64,000 bases of DNA from Salinispira sp. (GTDB taxonomy: Bacteria; Spirochaetota; Spirochaetia; DSM-27196; Salinispiraceae), in the NCBI GenBank assembly GCA_965602015.1, contig OZ271918.1:2784001-2848000 (forward strand). Reading direction: 5' to 3'. This document shows positions 37,267-46,654 of this stretch, one piece after another. The notes below the pieces were generated by a model, which was not told the DNA's origin, made no database searches, and saw nothing but the letters and a program-made list of their open reading frames with translations. The stretch's first letter is position 1; every line of letters begins with the position of its first letter. The position numbers were made by a program, and so were the translations under genes.

Positions 37267-38294
37267 ACCGCGGGGTACGAGCATCCGCCCATCCCAACCT
37301 GGCATTGGTTAAATACTGGGGAAAAAAGGATACGGAAAAAAATCTCCCGGCAACCGGCAGCCTGGGAATAAGCCTTGACTCCTTTGTTACGGAAACCCGG
37401 GTACGCGCAATGGAAGGCTCGGGCGGCGCTGCTTCCGCGGAATTTGACGGCATCCGGAGCGCTGCCGGACTCTCCTGGACCATCAGCATAAACGGTGAGC
37501 TGCAGTCCGGCGGCAACTTTCCGCCCTTTTTCCACAAGCTCGGAGAACTGTACGCCGGGCCGCCCATGACCCTGAATGTGGAAAGCAGCAATAACTTTCC
37601 CACGGCAGCGGGCCTTGCAAGCTCAGCCAGCGGCTTCGCCGCACTGGCCGGAGCCGCGTCGTCCGCTCTGGGACTGGACCTCAATCCGGCTGAGCTCTCG
37701 TCTCTGGCCCGAATCGGCTCGGGGTCGGCGACCCGCTCGGTATTCCCCGGTTTTGTCGCCTACCCCGAAGGGGCTTCCCGGGCCGAACAGCTGTTTCCCG
37801 CAGAACATTGGCCCGATCTGCGATGCATCATCGTCCGGGTGAGCGACGGGACCAAGGCTGTGTCCAGCCGCAAGGCCATGGAGGCAAGCCGAAGCACTTC
37901 GCCGTATTACGGTTCCTGGATAGAGGACAGCAGGAAGCTCTACCGCCGGGGCATTGAAGCCCTTGAACGCCGGGACATTGAGGCCCTGGGACCGGTTATG
38001 CGCAACAGCTATCTGCGTATGTTTTCCACCATGTTCAGCGCCGCAGAGCCCCTGATTTATTGGCAGCCCGAAAGCCTGCGCATTATCGCCCTCGCCGAAG
38101 ATCTTCGCAGAAAAAATATTCCGGTCTACGAAACCATGGATGCGGGCCCCCAGGTTAAGCTCATAACCCTGGCGGAATTCAGCGACCGGATACTCGAAGA
38201 ATTACGACATACCGGAGCTCACCGGGAGCTGTATGTGAGCTCGGTCGGCGGCGGACTGGAAGTCATCCCGGAGGATCATGATGGAAAAAGCTAG
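37263..38294 (+). CDS. mvaD: Diphosphomevalonate decarboxylase
   Basis: NLALVKYWGK, FPTAAGLASSASG, RIGSGSA, TMDAGP. Confidence 0.95.
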   Translation: MNRGVRASAHPNLALVKYWGKKDTEKNLPATGSLGISLDSFVTETRVRAMEGSGGAASAEFDGIRSAAGLSWTISINGELQSGGNFPPFFHKLGELYAGPPMTLNVESSNNFPTAAGLASSASGFAALAGAASSALGLDLNPAELSSLARIGSGSATRSVFPGFVAYPEGASRAEQLFPAEHWPDLRCIIVRVSDGTKAVSSRKAMEASRSTSPYYGSWIEDSRKLYRRGIEALERRDIEALGPVMRNSYLRMFSTMFSAAEPLIYWQPESLRIIALAEDLRRKNIPVYETMDAGPQVKLITLAEFSDRILEELRHTGAHRELYVSSVGGGLEVIPEDHDGKS

Positions 38295-39285
38295 GGAAAT
38301 CCGCGCAGAGGCGCCGGGCAACCTGCTGATTAGCGGGGAATACGTCATTCTGGAAGACGGCGGCCAAGGCCTGGCAATGGCGTGCGGGCCCCGGGCCACC
38401 GGTCGCAGCTGGGCGGGACGAACCGAATGGTCGGTCATTCACGCAATCACAGGAGAAGGCGCCATAAGCCTGAATACCGCTACCGACGTCAGCGAGCCGC
38501 CGTTTATTATCAAGGCCTTCCGCTCCCTTCAGCGGCAGCTGAGCGAGGCAGGTCATCCCGCGCCGGTTCTCGAACTGGAGATCGACACCCGCAGCTTTTA
38601 TCACCGGGGCCGAAAACTGGGGTTCGGAAGCTCGGCGGCGGCGACAGTTATCCTCAGCGCACTGATATGCGCAGAGAGCCTCCCGGCCGATAAACTCAGC
38701 CGCGATGCAATCCGCCACATGGCAGTAAACGCCCACCGTGATGCCCAGGGTAAGCGGGGAAGCGGCTACGATATCCTCACAAGCTGCTACGGCGCATCGG
38801 GTGTGTTCACCGGCGGGGAGGTTCCCGGGTGGCAGCCCCTCGAAATTAACCACCCCCTGTACAGCATAAAAAAATTCAGCTTCCCCGGTCCCAAGGAGGT
38901 GGACAGCCGTGATGCGGTCCGCCGGTATATGGGCTGGAAAGAAAGCGCCGACGAGTACTACAGCAGTTTTATCCGGCGGTCACAGGAACTGGTACACAAT
39001 CTCTCCTCCAGCACGAGCGAGGAAGACCTCATCAGAAACATCAACGAATCCCGGCTGCTTTCCGCCGAACTGGGTGATTCAATCGGAGTGGAGAGCTGGA
39101 TTTCTCCCCCGAGCCCCTTCTATGAGCGGGCGGCATGGAAGGGCAGCGGTGCGGGAAATGAACTTGGCTTGCTGTTCCTGAGCTCCGCAAGTACATCTAC
39201 GGTGCCCCAAGAGTACGCCCCCCTCGAAATGAGCGATTCGGGGGTTTGCTTGTTCAGTCCCGAAGGCAGTGCTATACTTCAGTAG
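38278..39285 (+). CDS. Phosphomevalonate kinase (GHMP family)
   Basis: APGNLLISGEY, KLGFGSSAA, GSGYD, KGSGAG; position in the operon. Confidence 0.82.
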   Translation: MMEKAREIRAEAPGNLLISGEYVILEDGGQGLAMACGPRATGRSWAGRTEWSVIHAITGEGAISLNTATDVSEPPFIIKAFRSLQRQLSEAGHPAPVLELEIDTRSFYHRGRKLGFGSSAAATVILSALICAESLPADKLSRDAIRHMAVNAHRDAQGKRGSGYDILTSCYGASGVFTGGEVPGWQPLEINHPLYSIKKFSFPGPKEVDSRDAVRRYMGWKESADEYYSSFIRRSQELVHNLSSSTSEEDLIRNINESRLLSAELGDSIGVESWISPPSPFYERAAWKGSGAGNELGLLFLSSASTSTVPQEYAPLEMSDSGVCLFSPEGSAILQ

Positions 39286-39324
39286 CGCTGCCCGGCAGCC
39301 CAACGAACCGCCACAGGAGCATCC

Positions 39325-40368
39325 ATGGCAGCACACGCCGAACCCGTCGAACCTCCGTTGCAATTCTCCAGTTCGGGAAAACTCCTTTTATTCGGTGAAC
39401 ACGCCGCGGTTTACGGCTATCCGGCAGTCGGCGTCAGCCTCGATTGCAGCCTGACCCTGGAAATCAGCCCATCGGATGACCGCGGAGGCACTGCGGCGTT
39501 CCCGGGACTCACAGCCCCGGAACGCGATCTGGCGCTTGCGGTTATGGCAAAGGCGGCTGAACTATTGCCTGAGCTGTCCATACCTTCCGGCGTATACCGC
39601 TTTTTCGGCGATGTGCCCCGCTCCTCTGGCTTCGGTTCCTCGGCGGCCCTGTGTGTAAACCTGGCGCGTTATCTTGTGCACCTTGCCGAGGCGCAGAGCG
39701 CCGATCTGCAGCACCTGCTGCCGAAATTCCAGCATGCAAGTCAGTGGCCCCGGCAGGAGCAGCGGCAGTATCTGCTGTGGTTCATCGCCAACGAACTGGA
39801 AAAGGTCTTTCACGGCTCTCCCTCAGGCATCGATACCGGACTTGCCGCCCTTGGCGGCATTCAGGCGTTCTTCCCCCGGTCGCGCAAACTGCCGGATTCC
39901 ATGGCCCTCTCAAGCGCCGGCGACGGCATATACCTGGTATACGCAGCGGTTCCCCGTCAGGGCAACACCATGGGCTTGGTGGGAGATCTGCAAAAAGCCA
40001 TGCTTGAAGAGACGCCGCGGGTTGTTCAAGCCATGGAAGCGTTGGGTGAGCTGGCTCACCAGGCCATAGAATGTTTTCAGAACTGCGCAGCGGACACCCA
40101 AACCGCATCTTTAGGCGCCTTGGCCGTCAAGGCCAGGGACAGACTGGAAACCCTGAACCTCAATACCGATGACATGGACAGAATTCTCGACCGGGGCCAA
40201 CGCCTGGGCAGCCCGGGCGGCAAGCTCAGCGGAGCCGGAGGGGGAGGCGCCTTTTACCTCTACGCCGCTTCCAGGGAAGCCGCCGGCGAGCTGCAGGAGC
40301 AGCTGACGGTGTTCTGCCGGCAGAAGGCCCTTGAGCTGAGCCAGCCCCTGCGCATCCTCAAAATCTGA
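39325..40368 (+). CDS. mvk: Mevalonate kinase
   Basis: GKLLLFGEHAAVYG, GFGSSAA, HGSPSGID, KLSGAGGGG. Confidence 0.92.
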   Translation: MAAHAEPVEPPLQFSSSGKLLLFGEHAAVYGYPAVGVSLDCSLTLEISPSDDRGGTAAFPGLTAPERDLALAVMAKAAELLPELSIPSGVYRFFGDVPRSSGFGSSAALCVNLARYLVHLAEAQSADLQHLLPKFQHASQWPRQEQRQYLLWFIANELEKVFHGSPSGIDTGLAALGGIQAFFPRSRKLPDSMALSSAGDGIYLVYAAVPRQGNTMGLVGDLQKAMLEETPRVVQAMEALGELAHQAIECFQNCAADTQTASLGALAVKARDRLETLNLNTDDMDRILDRGQRLGSPGGKLSGAGGGGAFYLYAASREAAGELQEQLTVFCRQKALELSQPLRILKI

Positions 40369-40392
40369 ACACAAGCCGCATGGCGCGGCTTT

Positions 40393-41154
40393 TTACACAT
40401 GCAGTCTGCGACGCACCCGGTCGCTGTGGCTCACCAGATATTCGATAATCCAGTACAGCGCGCCGAGGGGAACGAGGCTCGCCGCGACGATCAGGCCCCA
40501 CCCGAAATACTCGCCGGACAGCAGAAACGAGCTGACAAGGGCGTCGATTATTACCACATACGCGCTCATCCAGAGAAACAGCAGGGGACCGCGGCGGACA
40601 GATCCCGGGGGCTGGAGGGTATAAAAGAACGCCATAATCACCCCCAGGGTCGCCAGGGTCAAAAGGCCGCCGAAATCCACCGCCCAGTTCAGCATGTGGT
40701 CCGCATCGACCTGATCGACATACAACAGATATCCCCAGGTGGCCAGGGCATTGAGAAGCATCAGGAGCCAGAATCTCCGTCTGCGGCGGGCGCGCCGGCG
40801 GGATGGCGGACCAGGTTTCGCATTGAGGTAAAAAACCAGCGAAGGCATGCTGATATACAGGAATAACAGCCCCAAGGCACCGACTACGAGAATCGACCAG
40901 CTCGCCCGCTGATTTATCAGCAAATCGACAATAAGAGATATTGCGGCGGGGACAAAAACTACGCCGGCGGTCACCAGGGCGATAATCCAGGGCCGTTTGC
41001 GCACCCGCTCAGCGACTCCTTCATAGCGCAATTCGGGCCGGGCAAGCACATCTGCGGGCACTTCCGGGCGTGATTCCTGGAGAGGGCTGCCGCACAGGGG
41101 ACACAATGGATGATCGCCTTTTACCGCAACAGCGCAATCGGGGCAATAGTTCAC
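40393..41154 (-). CDS. Zinc-ribbon membrane protein (DUF6320-like)
   Basis: CPDC...CPLC at the N-terminus, about six TMs, C-terminal RRRLHV. Confidence 0.75.
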   Translation of the reverse strand: MNYCPDCAVAVKGDHPLCPLCGSPLQESRPEVPADVLARPELRYEGVAERVRKRPWIIALVTAGVVFVPAAISLIVDLLINQRASWSILVVGALGLLFLYISMPSLVFYLNAKPGPPSRRRARRRRRFWLLMLLNALATWGYLLYVDQVDADHMLNWAVDFGGLLTLATLGVIMAFFYTLQPPGSVRRGPLLFLWMSAYVVIIDALVSSFLLSGEYFGWGLIVAASLVPLGALYWIIEYLVSHSDRVRRRLHV

Positions 41155-42482
41155 TGTTCACTCCTCGTGAAGTTCGTCTGGATTTCAACCTGGTGGCCGT
41201 GTTTTGCGAGAAACCGGAAAAACCGGGTCTCGATAGGGGTTTCGCCGATCATCTTGCCGAAGCTGATCGACAGCACATCGCCGCAGCTCACCACGCTGAC
41301 CGCCTGCTTCATCACCGGGCTGGGCGGAGGGTAAAAGTCCACCCAGGCGATCCGCTCCATCCATTGTTCCGGCAGAGCGAAGGCGCCGATGTTGGAAAAG
41401 CTGGTGGTGAACCTGCTGTCGCCCTGACGCTGATAGCTGAGTGACAGCACCAGGTTCTTGATAATCAGGGGGATCATGCGTACCGGCAGGATCCTCTCGG
41501 TACGGGCGTGCCGGGCGAAATGCCGCCGGAGATTCTGCCGGTGCTTTTCGCCGCGCATATAATGGTGAACGTAGGCGCAGATTTCTTCGAATTTGTACTC
41601 CCCCAGCCTCAGGTCGATTTCCGGATCCACATAGACGAAAAAATTCCTCATCGTCCGGCTTCCGAACAGGCCGCGAAGATTCACCGGAACCAAAATGCGC
41701 ACCGGCCGGGAGAGGCGCCTGGGGGTTCGCCGGTTCACCCGCTGGAGGGCCAGCCAGTAATCCTGAAAGGCCATAAAGAGGACCGATACCAGGTACTCGG
41801 TGAGGCTCACACTATGGATTTGGGCTGCACTCCTGAGCGATGAAAGAGCGAGGTGTCCGCTGATGATGCGGTACTCGCCCTTGGAGAGTTTCCTGAATGG
41901 CAGATGAAAGGCCCGCTCGGGAAGCGCTTTGAGCGGCGCGCCTTTGAGACCGTAGTCGAGATACGAATCCTGCCACTCGTCCTCCGGCGGGGCTCCACCC
42001 TCAAGCTGATCAATCGTGGGCGGAGCGGCGGGATCGTTCTTGGCGTGTGAAAGGGCGAAGCGGATTTGCAGGTATTCATACACCAGGGTTCGCAGGAACT
42101 CCATGGCTCCCATTCCGTCGGTGAGAACATGGCTCACTTCAAGGGAAATGCGCCGCCCGTAGACCCGAACCCTCAACAGCTTTCGGTCCTTTATCAGGCT
42201 TGTGTAATCCATGCAAGGCCAATAGCGGTCGTGGGTGAGAAAGTCGGAGAAGTCCTTGAGCTCTTCAAGGTAGTACCAAAACAGACCGCGGTGGAGTTCG
42301 ACCGAGAAGTAGGGGTAGCGTTTTCTGGTGCGCTCCAGAGCCAGCTGCAAATCTTCGAGGACCAAATCGTCTTTCATCACCGCAGAAAGCCGAAAAAGAC
42401 TGGTGAAACGCTGCGACAGCACCGCCGGCCAGATTTTGGCGGAGTGATCGAGGGGATACCAGGCGGGCCGCTGTTCCTTCAT
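41151..42482 (-). CDS. Alcohol acetyltransferase-like (condensation/CAT fold) acyltransferase
   Basis: HVLTDG (HxxxDG), VPVNLR...TMRNF, FSNIG. Confidence 0.8.
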   Translation of the reverse strand: MKEQRPAWYPLDHSAKIWPAVLSQRFTSLFRLSAVMKDDLVLEDLQLALERTRKRYPYFSVELHRGLFWYYLEELKDFSDFLTHDRYWPCMDYTSLIKDRKLLRVRVYGRRISLEVSHVLTDGMGAMEFLRTLVYEYLQIRFALSHAKNDPAAPPTIDQLEGGAPPEDEWQDSYLDYGLKGAPLKALPERAFHLPFRKLSKGEYRIISGHLALSSLRSAAQIHSVSLTEYLVSVLFMAFQDYWLALQRVNRRTPRRLSRPVRILVPVNLRGLFGSRTMRNFFVYVDPEIDLRLGEYKFEEICAYVHHYMRGEKHRQNLRRHFARHARTERILPVRMIPLIIKNLVLSLSYQRQGDSRFTTSFSNIGAFALPEQWMERIAWVDFYPPPSPVMKQAVSVVSCGDVLSISFGKMIGETPIETRFFRFLAKHGHQVEIQTNFTRSEQ

Positions 42483-42497
42483 AAGAGGGAGTATAGC

Positions 42498-42539
42498 AAA
42501 AAAAACGGCGTCCGCGGGATATAATCCTCGGGACGCCGT
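42498..42539 (-). terminator. Rho-independent terminator after fbaA
   Basis: acggcgtcc...ggacgccgt stem with an A8 run on the left. Confidence 0.8.
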
Positions 42540-42611
42540 CGGTAAACCGGGGAATTACCCCGGCCCCGCAGGGCCGTCGCCCGCAATGGAGCGGCGGCAT
42601 TGACGGGAAAA

Positions 42612-43685
42612 CTAGAAGTCGAACTTGTTAACAGCGTTGAGGTCGTCGAAGGCCTGATACATGCGCTTGGCCACGCCCTTCTCCCCGAGGTGGAGCCACC
42701 CGCGGGGGTCGATTTTCTTTTTGTTGGGCTTGTCATCCCCTTCGGGGTTGCCGATCTGGGTCTGGAGGTAGGCTGAGTTTTCTTCGACGTACTTGACGAT
42801 GGGCTGGGTAAATGCCCACTGGGTGTCGGTGTCGATGTTGAACTTGATTGCGCCGTAACCCACAGCCTCGCGGATTTCTGCGCGGCTGGAACCCGATCCG
42901 CCGTGGAAGACGAAATTAACCGGCTTTGCGCCCAGGTTGCGCTCCTTGGAGATGTAGTCCTGGCTGTCCTTCAGGATTGAGGGCTTCAGGACGACGTTTC
43001 CGGGCTTGTACACCCCGTGGGTGTTGCCGAAGGCGGCGGCTACGGTGAACTTGCCCACGTTTACCAGGGCGTCATAGCTCTGAAGAACCTCCGCCGGCTG
43101 GGTGTAGAGCTTGGAATTATCGACGTCGCTGTTATCCACCCCGTCTTCTTCGCCGCCGGTGATGCCCAGCTCGATTTCCAGGGTCATATCGATTTTTGCC
43201 ATGCGCTCGAGCATTTTAGCGGATATTTCCAGGTTCTCTTCCAGGGGCTCTTCGGAGAGGTCGAGCATGTGAGAGGAAAACAGGGGTTCGCCGTGCTGAC
43301 GGTAGAATTCCTCGCCCTCGGCTACCATTCCTTCCACCCAGGGGATGAGTTTCTTGGCGGCGTGGTCGGTGTGAAGAATTACCGGCACTCCATAGAGTTC
43401 GGCCATGCGGCGGATGTGATATGCGCCGGCAACCGCACCGGCGATGGCGCCGCGCTCATTGGTGTTGTCGACAAACTTGCCGGCGTTAAAAAGGGCTCCG
43501 CCGTTGGAAAACTGAATGATTACCGGGGCCTTTGCTTCTTTGGCTGACTGCAGTGCGGCGGCGATGGTATTCGAGCCGATGACATTCATTGCGGGAAGGG
43601 CGCATTCCTGCTCTTTGCAGTATGCGAGGACCTCATCGAGCTGGGCTCCGGTGATGACACCGGGTTTGAGCTTGAGATTTGCCAT
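42612..43685 (-). CDS. fbaA: Class II fructose-bisphosphate aldolase
   Basis: HTDHA, SSHMLDLSEE, EIELGITGGEEDG, FHGGSG, NIDTD. Confidence 0.97.
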   Translation of the reverse strand: MANLKLKPGVITGAQLDEVLAYCKEQECALPAMNVIGSNTIAAALQSAKEAKAPVIIQFSNGGALFNAGKFVDNTNERGAIAGAVAGAYHIRRMAELYGVPVILHTDHAAKKLIPWVEGMVAEGEEFYRQHGEPLFSSHMLDLSEEPLEENLEISAKMLERMAKIDMTLEIELGITGGEEDGVDNSDVDNSKLYTQPAEVLQSYDALVNVGKFTVAAAFGNTHGVYKPGNVVLKPSILKDSQDYISKERNLGAKPVNFVFHGGSGSSRAEIREAVGYGAIKFNIDTDTQWAFTQPIVKYVEENSAYLQTQIGNPEGDDKPNKKKIDPRGWLHLGEKGVAKRMYQAFDDLNAVNKFDF

Positions 43686-43765
43686 GGGATACTCCTGATT
43701 AGCGATTTTGTATGAAAACTGCCCTTATTTTACGCTTCACGGCAGCTTTGTCAATGACGGGGGAG

Positions 43766-43918
43766 CCCCCCCGGCATGCGCCATGCCTCGGCATACACCA
43801 GCTCCCGGCGGGCGGCAGTCCCCTACATCCAACAAGCCCTGGCGAGCGCCAGGCCCCGGCGAGCGGCAGCCCCCGGAATGTACCAGTCCCCGACATGCGG
43901 CAGGCACCGGCGTGCGGC
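43766..43918. repeat. Degenerate 17-bp tandem array (about nine units)
   Basis: Units in exact 17-nt register from 43766, e.g. agctcccggcgggcggc, aggccccggcgagcggc, agtccccgacatgcggc, aggcaccggcgtgcggc. Confidence 0.8.
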
Positions 43919-44005
43919 GCTCCCCCGACCGGCGGGAACAGACCAGCTGGTTTTTTACCGCGGCACCCATTGCCAGGTAGGAGACGCTTCTCTATATTAC
44001 GATCC

Positions 44006-44821
44006 ATGAATCAGGACCAAGTAAAAGAACAGCTTCTCCGCCTCGAATCCGAGGTTGAGGAGTTCAAGGTGATATTTTCCGGCAAGACAAGCAAAAAGGT
44101 TCACGGGCTCTACCATCCGGACACCCGGGAAATCATAATACACAACCGGAACTTCACCCACGACTCCGCGCTGATGTACACCGCGATCCATGAATTCGCC
44201 CATCACATCCATTTCACCGGTAGCGACAGCCCGGTGAGCAACCGGGCCCACACCACCGCGTTTCGAAGCATTTTCCACCGCCTGCTGCAGAAGGCCGAAT
44301 CCATGGGGATTTATGAAAACACCCTGGACCGGGTAGATGAACTGCAGGAGCTGGCCCGATCCATGCGCCAGCGTTTTATCCAGACCAACGGTGAACTGAT
44401 GAAGGAATTCGGACACGCCCTCATGGAGGCGGAGAAACTCTGCCGCAAACACGGTGCCCGCTTCGAGGACTTCGTCGAGCGGGTGCTGCAGCTGCCAAAA
44501 TCCACCGCCAGCACCCTCATGAAGGTCAAAGCCCTCGACCTGCCTCCGGATCTCGGCTTTGAAAACATGAAAACCCTGGCCGGGGTTCGCAACAAAGACG
44601 CCCGGGGCGAGGCCATAGAGTCATTTCGCCAAGGGTACTCGCCGGACATGGTGAAGCAGGGAATCAAGGAGCGGAGTCCCGTGAGGGAAATCGATCCCCA
44701 GAAAAAACTCGAAAGCGAGAAACGGCGCATTGAGAAAAGCCTGACCAGCCTGCGCAGCCGGCTGGAAGAAATTGAACACGAACTGGAACGGATGATGTAT
44801 ACTGAGGAACAGGGAGTATAA
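44006..44821 (+). CDS. Putative zinc metallopeptidase (HEXXH) with C-terminal HTH-like and coiled-coil region
   Basis: GLY...IIIH...TAIHEFAHH...AHTTAF; ATG lies 7 nt after TTGCCA-N17-TATATT. Confidence 0.7.
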   Translation: MNQDQVKEQLLRLESEVEEFKVIFSGKTSKKVHGLYHPDTREIIIHNRNFTHDSALMYTAIHEFAHHIHFTGSDSPVSNRAHTTAFRSIFHRLLQKAESMGIYENTLDRVDELQELARSMRQRFIQTNGELMKEFGHALMEAEKLCRKHGARFEDFVERVLQLPKSTASTLMKVKALDLPPDLGFENMKTLAGVRNKDARGEAIESFRQGYSPDMVKQGIKERSPVREIDPQKKLESEKRRIEKSLTSLRSRLEEIEHELERMMYTEEQGV

Positions 44822-44825
44822 TATC

Positions 44826-45134
44826 ATGAGCTACGTAGAATCAGTGGAGTACAGCAAGGTTGACGGGACGCGCGCTGACCGCCATCTGCGAATCTACGCC
44901 CTTTCCACATGCGCCTTTTGCGAGAAAGCAATGAACTTTCTCAAAGAGCAAAACTATCAATTCGAATATCTTTTTATGGATCTCATAGACCGGGAAGTCA
45001 AACGGAGCATAAAGTCTGAACTCAAGGAGAAACACGGCAGCATCCCCCTCTTTCCCTTGCTGGTAGTCGACGGTGAAACCGCCGTCTCGGGATTCACCGA
45101 AGAAAAATGGCGGGAGCTTCTCAATCTTGGCTAA
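44826..45134 (+). CDS. Glutaredoxin-family protein
   Basis: YALSTCAFC, FPLLVVDG, SGF. Confidence 0.88.
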   Translation: MSYVESVEYSKVDGTRADRHLRIYALSTCAFCEKAMNFLKEQNYQFEYLFMDLIDREVKRSIKSELKEKHGSIPLFPLLVVDGETAVSGFTEEKWRELLNLG

Positions 45135-45471
45135 GAAAGAAAAAACCAGCGAACAGGTGGACCGCTTCGTCAACCAGGTTGCGGACAAGCAGGGCTGGGT
45201 TCTCAACAAAGATAAAGAGTTCCTCAACACCATCAAGGAAGGCCTCAAAACGACCCACAACCGGGAGGGATACTTCCTCTGCCCCTGCAGGGACGGTTCG
45301 GGGGTGAAAAAAGAAGATGAGGATATCATCTGTCCCTGCGTGTACAATGTTCCGGATCAAAAAGAATACGGCCACTGCTTCTGCGGCCTGTTTTTTGACC
45401 CGGAGTACCAGAAGAACGGCGGGGAATTCAACCAGATTCCCGACCGCCGCCCCGAAGATCTCTACGATTAA
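45127..45471 (+). CDS. Ferredoxin:thioredoxin reductase catalytic subunit-like protein
   Basis: CPCR, ICPC, GHCFCGLF six-cysteine pattern; TTG start overlaps the glutaredoxin stop. Confidence 0.9.
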   Translation: MAKKEKTSEQVDRFVNQVADKQGWVLNKDKEFLNTIKEGLKTTHNREGYFLCPCRDGSGVKKEDEDIICPCVYNVPDQKEYGHCFCGLFFDPEYQKNGGEFNQIPDRRPEDLYD

Positions 45472-45508
45472 CAACCTCAGGCCGCGGCGTCTGCCCGGGG
45501 CGTGGACT

Positions 45509-46621
45509 TCAGAGTAACCCGTCCAAATCAGACAGAAACTCATTCACTTCTTTTTCACCGCTGTCCCAGCTGGTCATCAGCCGATAGGAATCCTCATCCC
45601 AGGCATAGAATTTGTATTTCTGTTGTAGCTTTTCGGCGATGGCCGGCGGCATAATGACAAAAACCGCGTTGGCTTCGGGCTCCTGCTTGAGTTCGAGCCG
45701 GTGGCCCGCGGCGGCGAATTGTTCCCGCCGCCCGTCGATTCCCTCTGCCAACCGGCTGGCCAGGGAGTTCGCGGCGAGGGCGTTTCGAAGCCAGAGCGAA
45801 CCGCCGTACATCGCATCAAACTGAGCGGAAATGTAGCGCATTTTGCTTGCCAGCTGGGCGGTCTGCTTTCGGTAGAAGGGCAAGTCGCCGTTTTCCCCGC
45901 AGCCGTTCATCAGAACGATGCCCTCGCCGAACATAAGACCGTTCTTTGTACCTCCCAGGGAAAGGGCGTTAACCCCGGCCTCCACCGTCATGGCGGAAAG
46001 TATTTCCCGCCCCCGCTGAGTGAGGGCCGAGTCGGACAGGCTCTCCCAGCCGGGCTCCCGTTGGACGAGAATTCTGGCGACGGCATTGGCAATGCGGGCC
46101 CCGTCCATATGAAAAAGCAGGCCATGCTCCCGGCAGACCCTGCCGATTTCCTGCAGCTCTTCAACGGTATATACCCGGCCAAGCTCGTTGCTCTGGGTAA
46201 CCGACACCATGGCCGGCTGGACGCTGTGGACGAAACCCAGCCTGCCCAACATAGAGGGAATGTCGGCGGCGCTGATCTTGCCCCCGCTTTCCGGGAGGAA
46301 TTCGATTTTCATTCCGCCCATGGCTTCAAGGGCCCCGCACTCATCTTCTTCTATATGTGAGGTCCTGGGGGCCAATACCGACTGATACCCCTTGAGCAGA
46401 CTGCGGACCGCTACCACATTGGCGGCGGTGCCGTTGTAGACGAACCAGGTCCGGCTCGTACTGCCGAACAGCTCGGCCATGAGCCGGTGGGCAGAGGCGG
46501 TAAAATCATCGTCTCCGTAGCTGATGCGGTGACCGGCCCGGTTGGCGCCGTCCAGCGCAGATATGACCTCTGGATGTACGGAAGAACAGTTGTCGCTTGC
46601 AAAATAACGGGAGATTTCCAT
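45509..46621 (-). CDS. Low-specificity L-threonine aldolase (PLP)
   Basis: FASDN, NGTAAN, HMDGARIAN, GGTKNG, SKMRY. Confidence 0.9.
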   Translation of the reverse strand: MEISRYFASDNCSSVHPEVISALDGANRAGHRISYGDDDFTASAHRLMAELFGSTSRTWFVYNGTAANVVAVRSLLKGYQSVLAPRTSHIEEDECGALEAMGGMKIEFLPESGGKISAADIPSMLGRLGFVHSVQPAMVSVTQSNELGRVYTVEELQEIGRVCREHGLLFHMDGARIANAVARILVQREPGWESLSDSALTQRGREILSAMTVEAGVNALSLGGTKNGLMFGEGIVLMNGCGENGDLPFYRKQTAQLASKMRYISAQFDAMYGGSLWLRNALAANSLASRLAEGIDGRREQFAAAGHRLELKQEPEANAVFVIMPPAIAEKLQQKYKFYAWDEDSYRLMTSWDSGEKEVNEFLSDLDGLL

Positions 46622-46654
46622 GCCCGAGAGTATATAACGCAAGGGCTTCGGCCG

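Noticed and set aside
43766..43918. Possible CRISPR array
   Set aside because: No identical repeats with unique spacers, and no cas genes
43712..44005. N-terminal extension of the 369-aa ORF
   Set aside because: Runs through the 17-bp array; a good promoter sits directly before ATG 44006
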